Source of the DNA: an uncultured Victivallales bacterium
GTDB taxonomy: Bacteria; Verrucomicrobiota; Lentisphaeria; Victivallales; UBA1829
Assembly (NCBI GenBank): GCA_944390795.1
Contig: CALXRI010000001.1
Location: forward strand, 141,092-205,091
DNA length: 64,000 nt
Reading direction: 5' to 3'
A program made the translations under genes and the position numbers. Positions 29,690 to 38,158 of this stretch are shown in pieces. The notes below the pieces were generated by a model. That model made no database searches. It was not told where the DNA came from and saw only the letters and a program-made list of their open reading frames with translations. Positions within the stretch are counted from its first letter, which is position 1. Every line of letters starts with the position of its first letter.

Positions 29690-30175
29690 ATGACGGCGAA
29701 AATCACTGAAATGGTTCGGAATTATCTCTTTGATGTCAGCGACTCTGAAATCTTTGCATTTCAGTGCGGTTATCTGACCGGCGCGATGGTCGCTCTGATT
29801 TTCGTGCTTGTGCTGGGGCTTCTGCTTGCCGTTCTGCGCTGTCCGCGCCGTGCCCGGGGGGTGGCTCTCGCATCCGACCATGGGAGGATTCTGATTTCCG
29901 CGACGGCGATTGCGGATCTGGTCAAGTCCGTCGGCGCGGAGTTTCCCGCGCTTGACATTCTGAAAGTCGGGCTTTACCATGACCGGAAAAAGGCGCTGCG
30001 TCTTGCCGTGGCTGTTTCCTTTCCCTACAATCCGGACGGCGAATCCATTCTTGCTGTTGCCGACGGTTTCAAGAGCCGTCTTCTTGCCGCGCTGAAACAC
30101 AATCTCGGGATAGAGAATATCCGGAACATTGAAATTGATGTCCGCAAGGGGCGGCCGAAACCCGGTTTTTATTGA
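29690..30175 (+). CDS. AmaP-like membrane anchor protein (Asp23-associated)
   Basis: TM segment followed by HGRILISATAIADLV and C-terminal LGIENIRNIEIDV; adjacent to the Asp23 genes. Confidence 0.6.
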   Translation: MTAKITEMVRNYLFDVSDSEIFAFQCGYLTGAMVALIFVLVLGLLLAVLRCPRRARGVALASDHGRILISATAIADLVKSVGAEFPALDILKVGLYHDRKKALRLAVAVSFPYNPDGESILAVADGFKSRLLAALKHNLGIENIRNIEIDVRKGRPKPGFY

Positions 30176-30333
30176 GGAATCCGCGTTGACGGCTTTGTCC
30201 GGTTTCGCCTGTCATCGTTTTCTTTTTCCGCCTGAAGGGAGAGTTTTTTATTTTTTTCCTCGGAAAACGGCTTGATTTTCCTGTTTTTCATGATAAATTA
30301 CTGTCTTTGTTCCACTTGAGAGACATTTTCCGT

Positions 30334-30409
30334 GAGCTGGTAGCTCAGTCGGTAGAGCATCGCCCTTTTAAGGCGGTGGTCCAGGGTTCGAGCCCCTGCC
30401 GGCTCACCA
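30334..30409 (+). tRNA. tRNA-Lys (anticodon TTT)
   Basis: 76-nt cloverleaf: acceptor GAGCTGG/CCGGCTC, D arm GCTCAGTCGGTAGAGC, anticodon loop CTTTTAA, T loop GGTTCGAG, encoded CCA. Confidence 0.97.
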
Positions 30410-30577
30410 TTTCCTTTTCTTTTCCCCCAGGCAGGTCGCTGTTCAGATTGTCTGAATTTCCGGCTGTTTTTGAGCGTAAATGCTCTTGTGCGGGGATTGC
30501 GGCCGGCCCCGGGAACCGGGCAAGACGATCTTGTGTAAAATGCCCGTTAGATTAACCTGGACGGGGAGGGCGTTTTT

Positions 30578-30693
30578 ATGAAAAAGTCGTATGACTCCAA
30601 GTTCAAAGCCGTGTGGCATTGGAAGCGCTGCACGGGGAACTGACCGTGGGCGAGATCGCGGGAAAATATCGGTCTTGCAGCCGACTCCTGTAA
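30578..30693 (+). mobile_element. IS3-family transposase OrfA remnant (frameshifted, truncated)
   Basis: MKKSYDSKFKA, then after a 1-nt deletion VALEALHGELTVGEIAGKY, matching the HTH N-terminus of IS3 OrfA; GGAGG RBS upstream. Confidence 0.75.
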
Positions 30694-30699
30694 AATCAG

Positions 30700-31953
30700 C
30701 TATTCCGCATTCCAATACCGGTCGGCGAAGTCCAGGTAGAATTTCCAGTCTTCCGGCGTGACGTCATGCTCGCCGCTCCGGACATGATAACCGATCTCCC
30801 TGCCGATGGAGACGTCGCGGGGCGGAAGGCTGTCCGGCTGGAATTCCCTGCATTCCGCGCCGAAGAGGCGGTAGACTTCCGCCGCCGAGGCGATGGAAAG
30901 ATACTCTCCTCTCGGGTCGGAGTGCAGATCCCCGGCTGCGCTGGCGACATAAAGCGGCCGCGGCGCGATCAGGGCAAGCAGGAAATTCTGATCAAACGGC
31001 AAGGTGTTTTCCCTGTTGCGGTAGCGTTCGAATGCGGAGCTGAACCAGTAATCGCGCCAGAAGAGCAGAAAATCAATGGTTTCGCCGAAAATGTGCCGTG
31101 AAAGAGACGCTCCGCCGCATCCGGATTCATTGGAAATGACCATGGCGAAACGCGGATCGCAGGCGCCCGCCCAGAGCGCCGTTTTCCCGAGACGGGAATG
31201 GCCGTGGACAGCCGCCTTTTGCGCGTCAATTTCCGTTTCATGCTCCAGGCAGTCCAGGGCGCGTGAAAGTCCCCAGGCCCATGCTCCGATCGCACCGAAT
31301 TTGTGTTTGGACTTCCGCAGCGCGTTCTCCGGCAGGAAGAGGCGGTAAATGCTGCTTGCAAATCCTTCGGGGGAATCGTAAAAAATTTCGCTGATGCACA
31401 GTGTCGCAGCGGCATAACCGCGTTCCAGAATTTCCCGGAAGTTCCAGAATTCGCTCTGGACGCCGCGGGTTGATTCATCCGGCGGTTCGGTGGCGAACGC
31501 CTCGTGCGTGCTCCAGTTCACGACCGGTTCCCTGGTGATCCGGATCTCTTTTTCCGGAGTCGCCGCATGATTGCCGCGGCCGTTGAGCCCAAGGAAGACG
31601 GGCGCCGGCGTTTTCCGGTTCTTCGGCAGATAAAGAAGCAGGTCGAAAGCCTTGTGTTTTCCTTCGTTTTCGCAATGAATCCGGATTTCCCGGCGGATCG
31701 CAAGGCCGTCGAACGCCGCCGGATTTTCGGAGAGGAGTTCGAAGCGCATCCGTTCCGGGCGTGGCGGCATCCAGCCGTACATTTCCTCCCGGAACAAACG
31801 CAGAATGACATCGCGGCGGAAGTTCATCCACTCAAAAGGCGTCTGAACTGTGCTGCCGTCCGGCATTGTCAGCGGAGAGGGAATTTCGAAAGGAGGCACT
31901 CTATCTTCTTCCGTATTGTAAACTCCGTGATAAGGTCTGTCTGAAATCTTCAT
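30700..31953 (-). CDS. CE15-like (glucuronoyl esterase / acetylxylan esterase-type) alpha/beta hydrolase
   Basis: AIGAWAWGLSRALD, nucleophile motif GHSRLGK, ESGCGG, LPFDQ..LIAPRP, DPRGE, GEHD. Confidence 0.85.
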   Translation of the reverse strand: MKISDRPYHGVYNTEEDRVPPFEIPSPLTMPDGSTVQTPFEWMNFRRDVILRLFREEMYGWMPPRPERMRFELLSENPAAFDGLAIRREIRIHCENEGKHKAFDLLLYLPKNRKTPAPVFLGLNGRGNHAATPEKEIRITREPVVNWSTHEAFATEPPDESTRGVQSEFWNFREILERGYAAATLCISEIFYDSPEGFASSIYRLFLPENALRKSKHKFGAIGAWAWGLSRALDCLEHETEIDAQKAAVHGHSRLGKTALWAGACDPRFAMVISNESGCGGASLSRHIFGETIDFLLFWRDYWFSSAFERYRNRENTLPFDQNFLLALIAPRPLYVASAAGDLHSDPRGEYLSIASAAEVYRLFGAECREFQPDSLPPRDVSIGREIGYHVRSGEHDVTPEDWKFYLDFADRYWNAE

Positions 31954-32030
31954 AGTATCTTCTGATCCCGTTCCAAAGAGTTGTTTTCTTCTGTCGATGT
32001 GTCCATACTATAGCGGGGGAAATCCGCTTT

Positions 32031-32070
32031 GAAATGGCAGATATGGGCTTTTGCTGACATTTATGGTATT
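32031..32070 (-). promoter_or_regulatory. Putative tandem AraC-type binding site upstream of the CE15 gene
   Basis: Minus strand ACCATAAATGTCA-N7-CCCATATCTGCCATTT, with TATAGT 22 nt after TGCCA; same layout at 32962-33001. Confidence 0.6.
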
Positions 32071-32147
32071 TTTTTGAAAGAACCCGTCTTGCCATTTCCG
32101 TTCCGGACATTATATTCTTCGAAAACCGTTGGGAAAGAGGAATGCGA

Positions 32148-32960
32148 ATGGGATATTTCGATGATCTGGAAATCGTCCAGGCAATGCAGAAACTGCATGG
32201 TTACCACGTTTCAAAGCCGATTAATCCGCCTTACTTCAGTCTCTGCCTCCTGCGGAGGGGAGAACTGGTTGTGACAATGGACGGCGCAAGACATCATCTG
32301 AAGGCTCCGTTTATTTTCTGGGCGCTTCCCGGGCATGTGTATCAGTTCCTGTCCGCGGAGGCACGGTTCCGCAAGGAGACGATCTGGCTGGATATGGGAG
32401 GTCCCCGGGCAAGACGGATCAGCAGGGGACTGGCGCAGCTTTCGTCAGCCGGCGGTCTGGGACTGCCTCTCGCCAGCAGCATGGAGATGGCGCTTCTCAT
32501 GCTCCGGATCATCAATTTGAACAGACATGCCTCGGAACAATCCATCCGGCACCGGATTGTGGTTTATGTGGAGGAGCTGATCGGTCTGATTTATGATGCG
32601 GCTTTCTGCGGAGAGACGGGTGTTCCTGCGTGTTTCCCCATTCTGGAAGCGGCGGAGCAGTTCAAAAAATATCCTGCAGTCCGGTATGATCCGGAGGCGC
32701 TGGCAGGAAAGTATGCCATGTCTTACGAAACATTCCGGAAAAAGTTCAGGCGTTATATCGGACAGCCTCCGCATGAGTTTCTGCTCAGCTGCAGAATGAA
32801 GCTGGCCGTTGAACTGATGCGGAGCGGAGAGCGTCCGATCAAGGAGATCGCCGACGCCTGCGGATTTGACGACGCATCCAGTTTCTCCAGAATGTTCCGG
32901 AAAAAAAACGGGGTCTATCCCAGGGAGTTCCGGAAGAAAATGACGGAAAATATCCGCTGA
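32148..32960 (+). CDS. AraC-family transcriptional regulator
   Basis: Cupin-like N-terminus; C-terminal double HTH (FRKKFRRYIGQPP..IKEIADACGFDDASSFSRMFRK..P). Confidence 0.93.
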   Translation: MGYFDDLEIVQAMQKLHGYHVSKPINPPYFSLCLLRRGELVVTMDGARHHLKAPFIFWALPGHVYQFLSAEARFRKETIWLDMGGPRARRISRGLAQLSSAGGLGLPLASSMEMALLMLRIINLNRHASEQSIRHRIVVYVEELIGLIYDAAFCGETGVPACFPILEAAEQFKKYPAVRYDPEALAGKYAMSYETFRKKFRRYIGQPPHEFLLSCRMKLAVELMRSGERPIKEIADACGFDDASSFSRMFRKKNGVYPREFRKKMTENIR

Positions 32961-32961
32961 A

Positions 32962-33001
32962 TATCCCGGAAAAATCAACTTTTTCCCATTTATGCCATTT
33001 A
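32962..33001 (+). promoter_or_regulatory. Putative tandem AraC-type binding site upstream of the 33048 gene
   Basis: CCCGGAAAAATCA-N7-CCCATTTATGCCATTT, with TATCTT 23 nt after TGCCA. Confidence 0.6.
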
Positions 33002-33047
33002 TATCGGACTCTTTTCCGGTTATCTTAAGGGAAAAAAGGAGAACAGG

Positions 33048-34817
33048 ATGATTTACCGGATCTGGCGTTCCCCCTGGAGCCGCTTCGGCGGAACAACTGC
33101 CGAATATCCCGACGACCGGACGGATGAAACCTTCACCGCTCCGGAGCATTACAGCGATGCGGAGCTTGCCGGTATTGCCGCGGCAGGTTTCAACGGCATC
33201 TGGCTTCATGCCAGATTCGCCCATATTGTCCGGACGGAGGAATTTCCCGAACTGGGGATTCATGCCGAAGAACATGTCGAGAAACTTTCCGGACTGATCC
33301 GGCGTGCGGAAAAACACGGCATCAAGGTCTTTCTGTACGGTCAGGCGCTGCGTGCCGTTCCGGAATCATACCGCTGCTTCTGGCGCAGCCATGCGGAGTG
33401 CGCAGGGCAGAGGGAGTATCTGACGGAGGAATCGCCTCTGACCGGAGAAAGGCGAAGATATCCGACGGTTTCGCTCTGTTCCTCGGTCCCGGCGGTGAAA
33501 CGATTCGTGGAAGAATCCGCCGCGCAGATCGCGGAGAAACTTCCGGATCTGGGAGGTGTCATTCTGATTACCGCGACGGAATTTCCGGGGCATTGCTACC
33601 AGCGGCGTCGGAAAGAGAATCCGAATGCCTGCTATCCCCTTGTGGAATGTCCCCGCTGCCGGGAACGCGAGCCGTGGGAGGTCGCCGCGGAACTGATTGC
33701 GCTGTTCCGGAACGGAATCCGCAGGCATTCCGCAACGATGGCCGTCATCGCATGGAACTGGAGCTGGCAGGGATGGCTGCCCTCTCCGTGCCGCCCTCTG
33801 CTGGAACTGCTGCCGCGCGATGTTGTCGTGATGGCGGATTTCGAGCGCGGCGGCGTGACAGACCTTCCGGAACGTCCGGGATTTGAAATCGACGAATATT
33901 CCCTGCTGTATCCGGGACCGTCGGAACATTTCCGCAGGACCGCCGCCGTCTGCGGGGAAATCGGACTGCCCTTCATGAGCAAACTGCAGATCGGGGCGAC
34001 GCACGAACTCGGAAGCGTCGTATCGATTCCGAATCTTCTCAGCATAAGGGAAAAGGCGCTCTGGCACCGGGCGCACCCGGACACGGGATTCCTCGGGTGC
34101 TGGAACTTCGGCAATTTCCTCAGCGCCAACACGGCGGCCTTTCACCACTTTCTGCATCTCCGGACGCTCTCCGGGGAGGAGGAGGAACTCCGCGCGTTTG
34201 CGGAATCGTATTTTCCCGGATGCGACAGCCGTCTTGTGTATCATGCCTGGCGTCTGTTCGCCTCGGCAATGCGTCATCTTCCATTCTGCATCGGCCCGCT
34301 GTATTACGGTGTGCAGAGTCATGCGCTTGCATACGACGCGGTCTACCGGCCCGGCCCGCTGGAGAAGACGTATGCCGGATGTTCCTACCTGGAGTCCGCC
34401 GTCCGCGGAGACGATCTTTCTCCCGCCTGTGAAATGCTGCATCACGAATTTTCCCTTCCCGAGCTGATCGGCGCATATGCCAAATGCGCCGCGGTCTGGA
34501 TGAGCGGCGTGTTGCTGCTGGAAGCCGGACTGGAAAACTGCGACGACCGACTTGAACTCGGCAATGCGGTAATCTGCGGAATGTGCTGGACCAGCACGGA
34601 GAATGCCTTGCGCGCCTATGCGCTGCGTCTGGAGTGGAATCCCGGGAAAATTCATGAGTTCCGGCATATTGTGAATGCGGAACTGGAGGTGCTCCGGACC
34701 GTGCTTCCATATGTGGAAAACGATTCGAGACAGGGATTTCATGCGGAGGCCGGCTGCCGTCTCTTTGACCCGGAGAGGATTCGGGCGAAAATCGGGATGC
34801 TTGAGCATTGCATTTGA
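33048..34817 (+). CDS. Hypothetical cytoplasmic protein, probable TIM-barrel carbohydrate-active enzyme
   Basis: AAAGFNGIWL, RAEKHGIKVFLY, LPDLGGVILITATE, CPRC, IAWNWSW; AGGAG RBS; no signal peptide. Confidence 0.65.
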   Translation: MIYRIWRSPWSRFGGTTAEYPDDRTDETFTAPEHYSDAELAGIAAAGFNGIWLHARFAHIVRTEEFPELGIHAEEHVEKLSGLIRRAEKHGIKVFLYGQALRAVPESYRCFWRSHAECAGQREYLTEESPLTGERRRYPTVSLCSSVPAVKRFVEESAAQIAEKLPDLGGVILITATEFPGHCYQRRRKENPNACYPLVECPRCREREPWEVAAELIALFRNGIRRHSATMAVIAWNWSWQGWLPSPCRPLLELLPRDVVVMADFERGGVTDLPERPGFEIDEYSLLYPGPSEHFRRTAAVCGEIGLPFMSKLQIGATHELGSVVSIPNLLSIREKALWHRAHPDTGFLGCWNFGNFLSANTAAFHHFLHLRTLSGEEEELRAFAESYFPGCDSRLVYHAWRLFASAMRHLPFCIGPLYYGVQSHALAYDAVYRPGPLEKTYAGCSYLESAVRGDDLSPACEMLHHEFSLPELIGAYAKCAAVWMSGVLLLEAGLENCDDRLELGNAVICGMCWTSTENALRAYALRLEWNPGKIHEFRHIVNAELEVLRTVLPYVENDSRQGFHAEAGCRLFDPERIRAKIGMLEHCI

Positions 34818-34970
34818 ATGCGTGCACTTTTTTCATAAGGGCCGGTCCCGGCGGGGATTGCCATGTATGGCGTTTGCTTTTCCGGAAGAAAAATATTCCT
34901 CTGAAATTCCTGCCGCGTTTTTCGTTCCGCTTGCTTTTTTGAAAATCCTTGATATAGTAACAGATATCTT

Positions 34971-35294
34971 ATGAAAACGAAATATCGATTATGTCTGCTT
35001 CTGTTCCTCTGGCTGGGATGTCTTTTTTATGCGGCGTCCGGAACGGCCGGAGATTTTTCCGTCTGCGCAAATGTTCCTTTTGAAACTTTTTCCTCCGTGG
35101 AGGAAAAGCTCAATGACGATCTTCCCGCACTGCGGCAGACGGTTTCCGGAAAGACTCTGAATGCGTCTTCCGGCAGCGGCGGAACGGAATACGGCATTCC
35201 CGATCTCCGGATCTCTTTCTCCAAGGTGGACCGCGGATTCGGAACGTCCGCCGTCAAGAGTTCCTCGCTGATTTTCATTCCCCTCAGATGCTGA
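34971..35294 (+). CDS. Short exported or leader-like protein ending IFIPLRC
   Basis: Signal-peptide-like N-terminus MKTKYRLCLLLFLWLGCLFYAASGTA; upstream TTGCTT-16-TATAGT promoter with TG (34931-34958). Confidence 0.6.
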   Translation: MKTKYRLCLLLFLWLGCLFYAASGTAGDFSVCANVPFETFSSVEEKLNDDLPALRQTVSGKTLNASSGSGGTEYGIPDLRISFSKVDRGFGTSAVKSSSLIFIPLRC

Positions 35295-35314
35295 TTTCCG
35301 GGCAGATTCATGCC

Positions 35315-35560
35315 ACGATGTTTTGCATCGTCGAAATAGCTTCGTGCAGGACTTTCAGTCCTGCCGCGGTCCAGCTGCGCAAGCTGGTCGCCGGAGGCGA
35401 AATCTCCGAGACCGCGTATGCTTGCATCGCGGTAATTCATGTAAAAAAATCGGGGTGACAGTGCGATGCCTTGCATCGCGGAAATTACTTCGTGCAGGAC
35501 ATCCTGTCCTGCTTCGGTCCGGCTGAGTAAGCTGGTTGCCGCAGGCGAAATCCCCGATAC
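35315..35560. repeat. Tandem duplicated multi-hairpin structured element (148-bp period)
   Basis: Ungapped copies at 35315 and 35463, about 80% identical by eye, each with four hairpins showing compensatory or wobble changes. Confidence 0.85.
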
Positions 35561-35634
35561 GAGCGCGTGCTCTGCGCCGAAACAGTTCACTTTCGCCTGG
35601 AATAGGATTCATCGGAAGGAGTTTTTTTCATTTT

Positions 35635-36603
35635 ATGACACTTTTCATTGTCAGTATCGCCGTTGCATTAGGTGTTTCGTTCTTATGTTCCATTATGGAA
35701 GCCGCTCTTCTGAGCATCACCCCCAGCAAAATCGCCGTCATCTCGGAGCGTCATCCGAAGATCGGGAAAATCTGCCGGGATTTCAAGAAAGACATTGAAA
35801 AACCCATTGCCGTGATTCTGATTCTGAACACGGCGGCTCACACGTTCGGCGCTTCCATCGCTGGCGCCGAGTTTGACGAACTGTTCGGGAATCGCTATAT
35901 CTGGCTGTTTTCCCTCGCGTTTACCGTCATGATGGTGCAGTATACCGAGATTCTGCCCAAGACGCTCGGGGTCCGTTTCAATTCACTGGTCATTGCCTGC
36001 ACGGCGAAAACGCTGCAGTATCTTGTCTGGCTGATGACGCCGCTGATTGCGCTTGTTCATCTGATCAACCGTCCCTTCGACCCGCAGCACAGGAGCGGAA
36101 AAGACGATAAAATCAACATCGGCGAGATCACCGCCCTCGCCGCCATGGCGCGCGAGGCGGAACAGATCACAATGACGCAGGAGCAGATCATCCGCAACAC
36201 GCCGATGCTCGGCAAGCGGACGATCGAGGAGCTGATGCTTCCGCTGGAGAAGGTCTGCATGATTCCGGAAAATGCGTCGAGACAGGAGATTCTGGACCGG
36301 ATGCGGAACGATCCGCATTCCCGTTATCCCGTCCTCGCAAAGGACGGCACGATCACAGGATGTCTCTATGCCAAAGACCTTCTGTTTCATCAGAAGGAGG
36401 AGTGGAAGGTTCTGGTGCGCCCGGTGAAATTCATCGACACGAACCTCTCTCAGCTTGAACTGATCGAGAATGTCGTGAAACTGGATTCCAAACTGCTGAT
36501 GGTCCGTGACCGGAAGAGGAAAATCATCGGCATGCTGACGGTGAACGATGCGCTGCTTGAACTTGTCGGGCAGGAGTTCCCCGAGGCCGCGACCGCCGCG
36601 TAG
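35635..36603 (+). CDS. CNNM/CorC-type (DUF21 + CBS) membrane protein, putative Mg2+/metal transporter
   Basis: VSFLCSIMEAALLS, PIAVILILNTAAHTFGA, EILPKTLG, CBS region with HSRYPV. Confidence 0.9.
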   Translation: MTLFIVSIAVALGVSFLCSIMEAALLSITPSKIAVISERHPKIGKICRDFKKDIEKPIAVILILNTAAHTFGASIAGAEFDELFGNRYIWLFSLAFTVMMVQYTEILPKTLGVRFNSLVIACTAKTLQYLVWLMTPLIALVHLINRPFDPQHRSGKDDKINIGEITALAAMAREAEQITMTQEQIIRNTPMLGKRTIEELMLPLEKVCMIPENASRQEILDRMRNDPHSRYPVLAKDGTITGCLYAKDLLFHQKEEWKVLVRPVKFIDTNLSQLELIENVVKLDSKLLMVRDRKRKIIGMLTVNDALLELVGQEFPEAATAA

Positions 36604-36605
36604 TC

Positions 36606-38057
36606 CTACCGTTTCGCGGCCGCCGGGCGCCCCGATGCGAAACTGAAAAGATAACAGAAGGCGACGGTGAGAATCAGATTCACCACAGCATAGTATTGCA
36701 GAGCCAGGCTTCTGACGCAGAAGGAGACTGCGAGACTTGCGGCAAGTCCGCAGAGTCCGCCTGCAAACATGCCGAAGGCGTTGACCCGTTTCGAGAACAT
36801 CGCCAGCGCCACCAGCGTCAGAAGCGGTCCGCCGAGTCCGTTCACGAATTTGTTGACGATCATGAACAGGGTGTTCGTCCGTCCGACCAGCGGCACGGCG
36901 GTCAGCGCAAGAAGCGTGACCGCGCTTCCGATGGCGGCGGTTAGCAGATGCCCCGGCAGACGGAAGCGGAAGAGCCGGTTGTGAAAGTCCGTCAGATACG
37001 CGGCACTGCAGCTGTTGATGCCGGAGTCGATGCTGGACATCGTGGCGGCCAGCAGCGCGGCGGCGATCACTCCGGTCACGCCGGCAGGAAAGCTGCGGAT
37101 GAGTGCGGCGATCTGCTGCAGGGCTGTCCCGTTCATGATGCGGGTTCCGGACAGCGCACCGCTTGTGATCGCATGAACGTAGACCGCCAGTCCGAAAAGG
37201 ACCAGAAGGGAAAGCGAGAGAACCGAGACAAACGCATTCAGCCAGAGTCCGCGCTGCGCCGCGCGGAGGTCTCTGGCCGTGAAGTAACGCTGGACGACCA
37301 TCTGATCCGCGCCGTAGCGGGCGAGAAAAGCGACCGTGACGCCGATCAGGCCGCTCCACAGCGTCATCCGGATTCTCGGATCGAAGGAGAGATAGGCGGG
37401 ATCGAACGGAAGAAACGGTTTGAGCCGTCCGCCTTCGAGCGCGATCCGGAACGCATCCGCGTCCCCGCGCAGCGCGAATGCCAGCCCGAGCACGATCCCC
37501 CCGAACAGGACGAAGAACTGGAGCACGTCGGTCCACATGACCGCGCGCATTCCGCCGACGGTTGTGTAGATGGTCGCCACGATGCCGCCCGCCAGAATGA
37601 CCGCCTGGAGCGAAACGCCCGTCAGACGGCTCATGATCTGGGCGGAGGCGTAAAGCGCCGTCGCCATCCAGAAGAAGCGCCATGCCAGAAACAGCCCGCT
37701 TGCGAGCGCGCGCACCCTGTAGTCGAACCGTTCTTCCAGGAATTCATAGAGACTGACCATTTTTTTTCCGTGAAAAAACGGCATCCAGACTTTTGTGATG
37801 ATCCATGCGGCAAGAAAGAAGACCGGAAACGAGGCGAGCACATAGAGCCCGAAGCCGAACACCTCGCCCGGCAGCGCGAGATAGTTGATCGCGCTGAAGG
37901 TTGTCACCATGACCGAGAGTCCGATCGGGAACCATCCCATGCGCCGCCCCGCCAGAAAATACTCCGCCGGATTTTCCGAACGTGTCCTGAACTTCCAGCC
38001 GATCAGAAGCAGAAGCGCCAGATAAACAGCAACCACAGCATAGTCAAGGAGTGTCAT
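36606..38057 (-). CDS. Sodium:solute symporter (SSS family)
   Basis: EYFLAGRRM, YEFLEERF, YTTVGGMRAVMWTD, DQMVVQRY, ATMSSIDSGINS. Confidence 0.93.
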   Translation of the reverse strand: MTLLDYAVVAVYLALLLLIGWKFRTRSENPAEYFLAGRRMGWFPIGLSVMVTTFSAINYLALPGEVFGFGLYVLASFPVFFLAAWIITKVWMPFFHGKKMVSLYEFLEERFDYRVRALASGLFLAWRFFWMATALYASAQIMSRLTGVSLQAVILAGGIVATIYTTVGGMRAVMWTDVLQFFVLFGGIVLGLAFALRGDADAFRIALEGGRLKPFLPFDPAYLSFDPRIRMTLWSGLIGVTVAFLARYGADQMVVQRYFTARDLRAAQRGLWLNAFVSVLSLSLLVLFGLAVYVHAITSGALSGTRIMNGTALQQIAALIRSFPAGVTGVIAAALLAATMSSIDSGINSCSAAYLTDFHNRLFRFRLPGHLLTAAIGSAVTLLALTAVPLVGRTNTLFMIVNKFVNGLGGPLLTLVALAMFSKRVNAFGMFAGGLCGLAASLAVSFCVRSLALQYYAVVNLILTVAFCYLFSFASGRPAAAKR

Positions 38058-38158
38058 ATTTGTCTGTTTTCCTCGTTCGCCGCATTTTCTGCAGGATGTT
38101 GTCTCCGCATGGGAAAGATAACTGACGATCTGTCATGCTTCAAACGGATTCCTGCTGT

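Noticed and set aside
30334-34970. Integrative element or prophage at tRNA-Lys
   Set aside because: No integrase, phage genes or duplicated tRNA 3' end (attR) were seen; only an IS relic is present.
35315-35590. Assignment of the hairpin element to a known metal riboswitch (M-box, NiCo, yybP-ykoY) or to tRNA
   Set aside because: I could not find their conserved sequence signatures or a T-arm/CCA by eye, so it is left unassigned pending an Rfam search.
35027-35590. 187-aa minus-strand ORF across the structured repeat
   Set aside because: It overlaps a better-supported ORF that has its own promoter, and its internal repetition merely reflects the DNA duplication.
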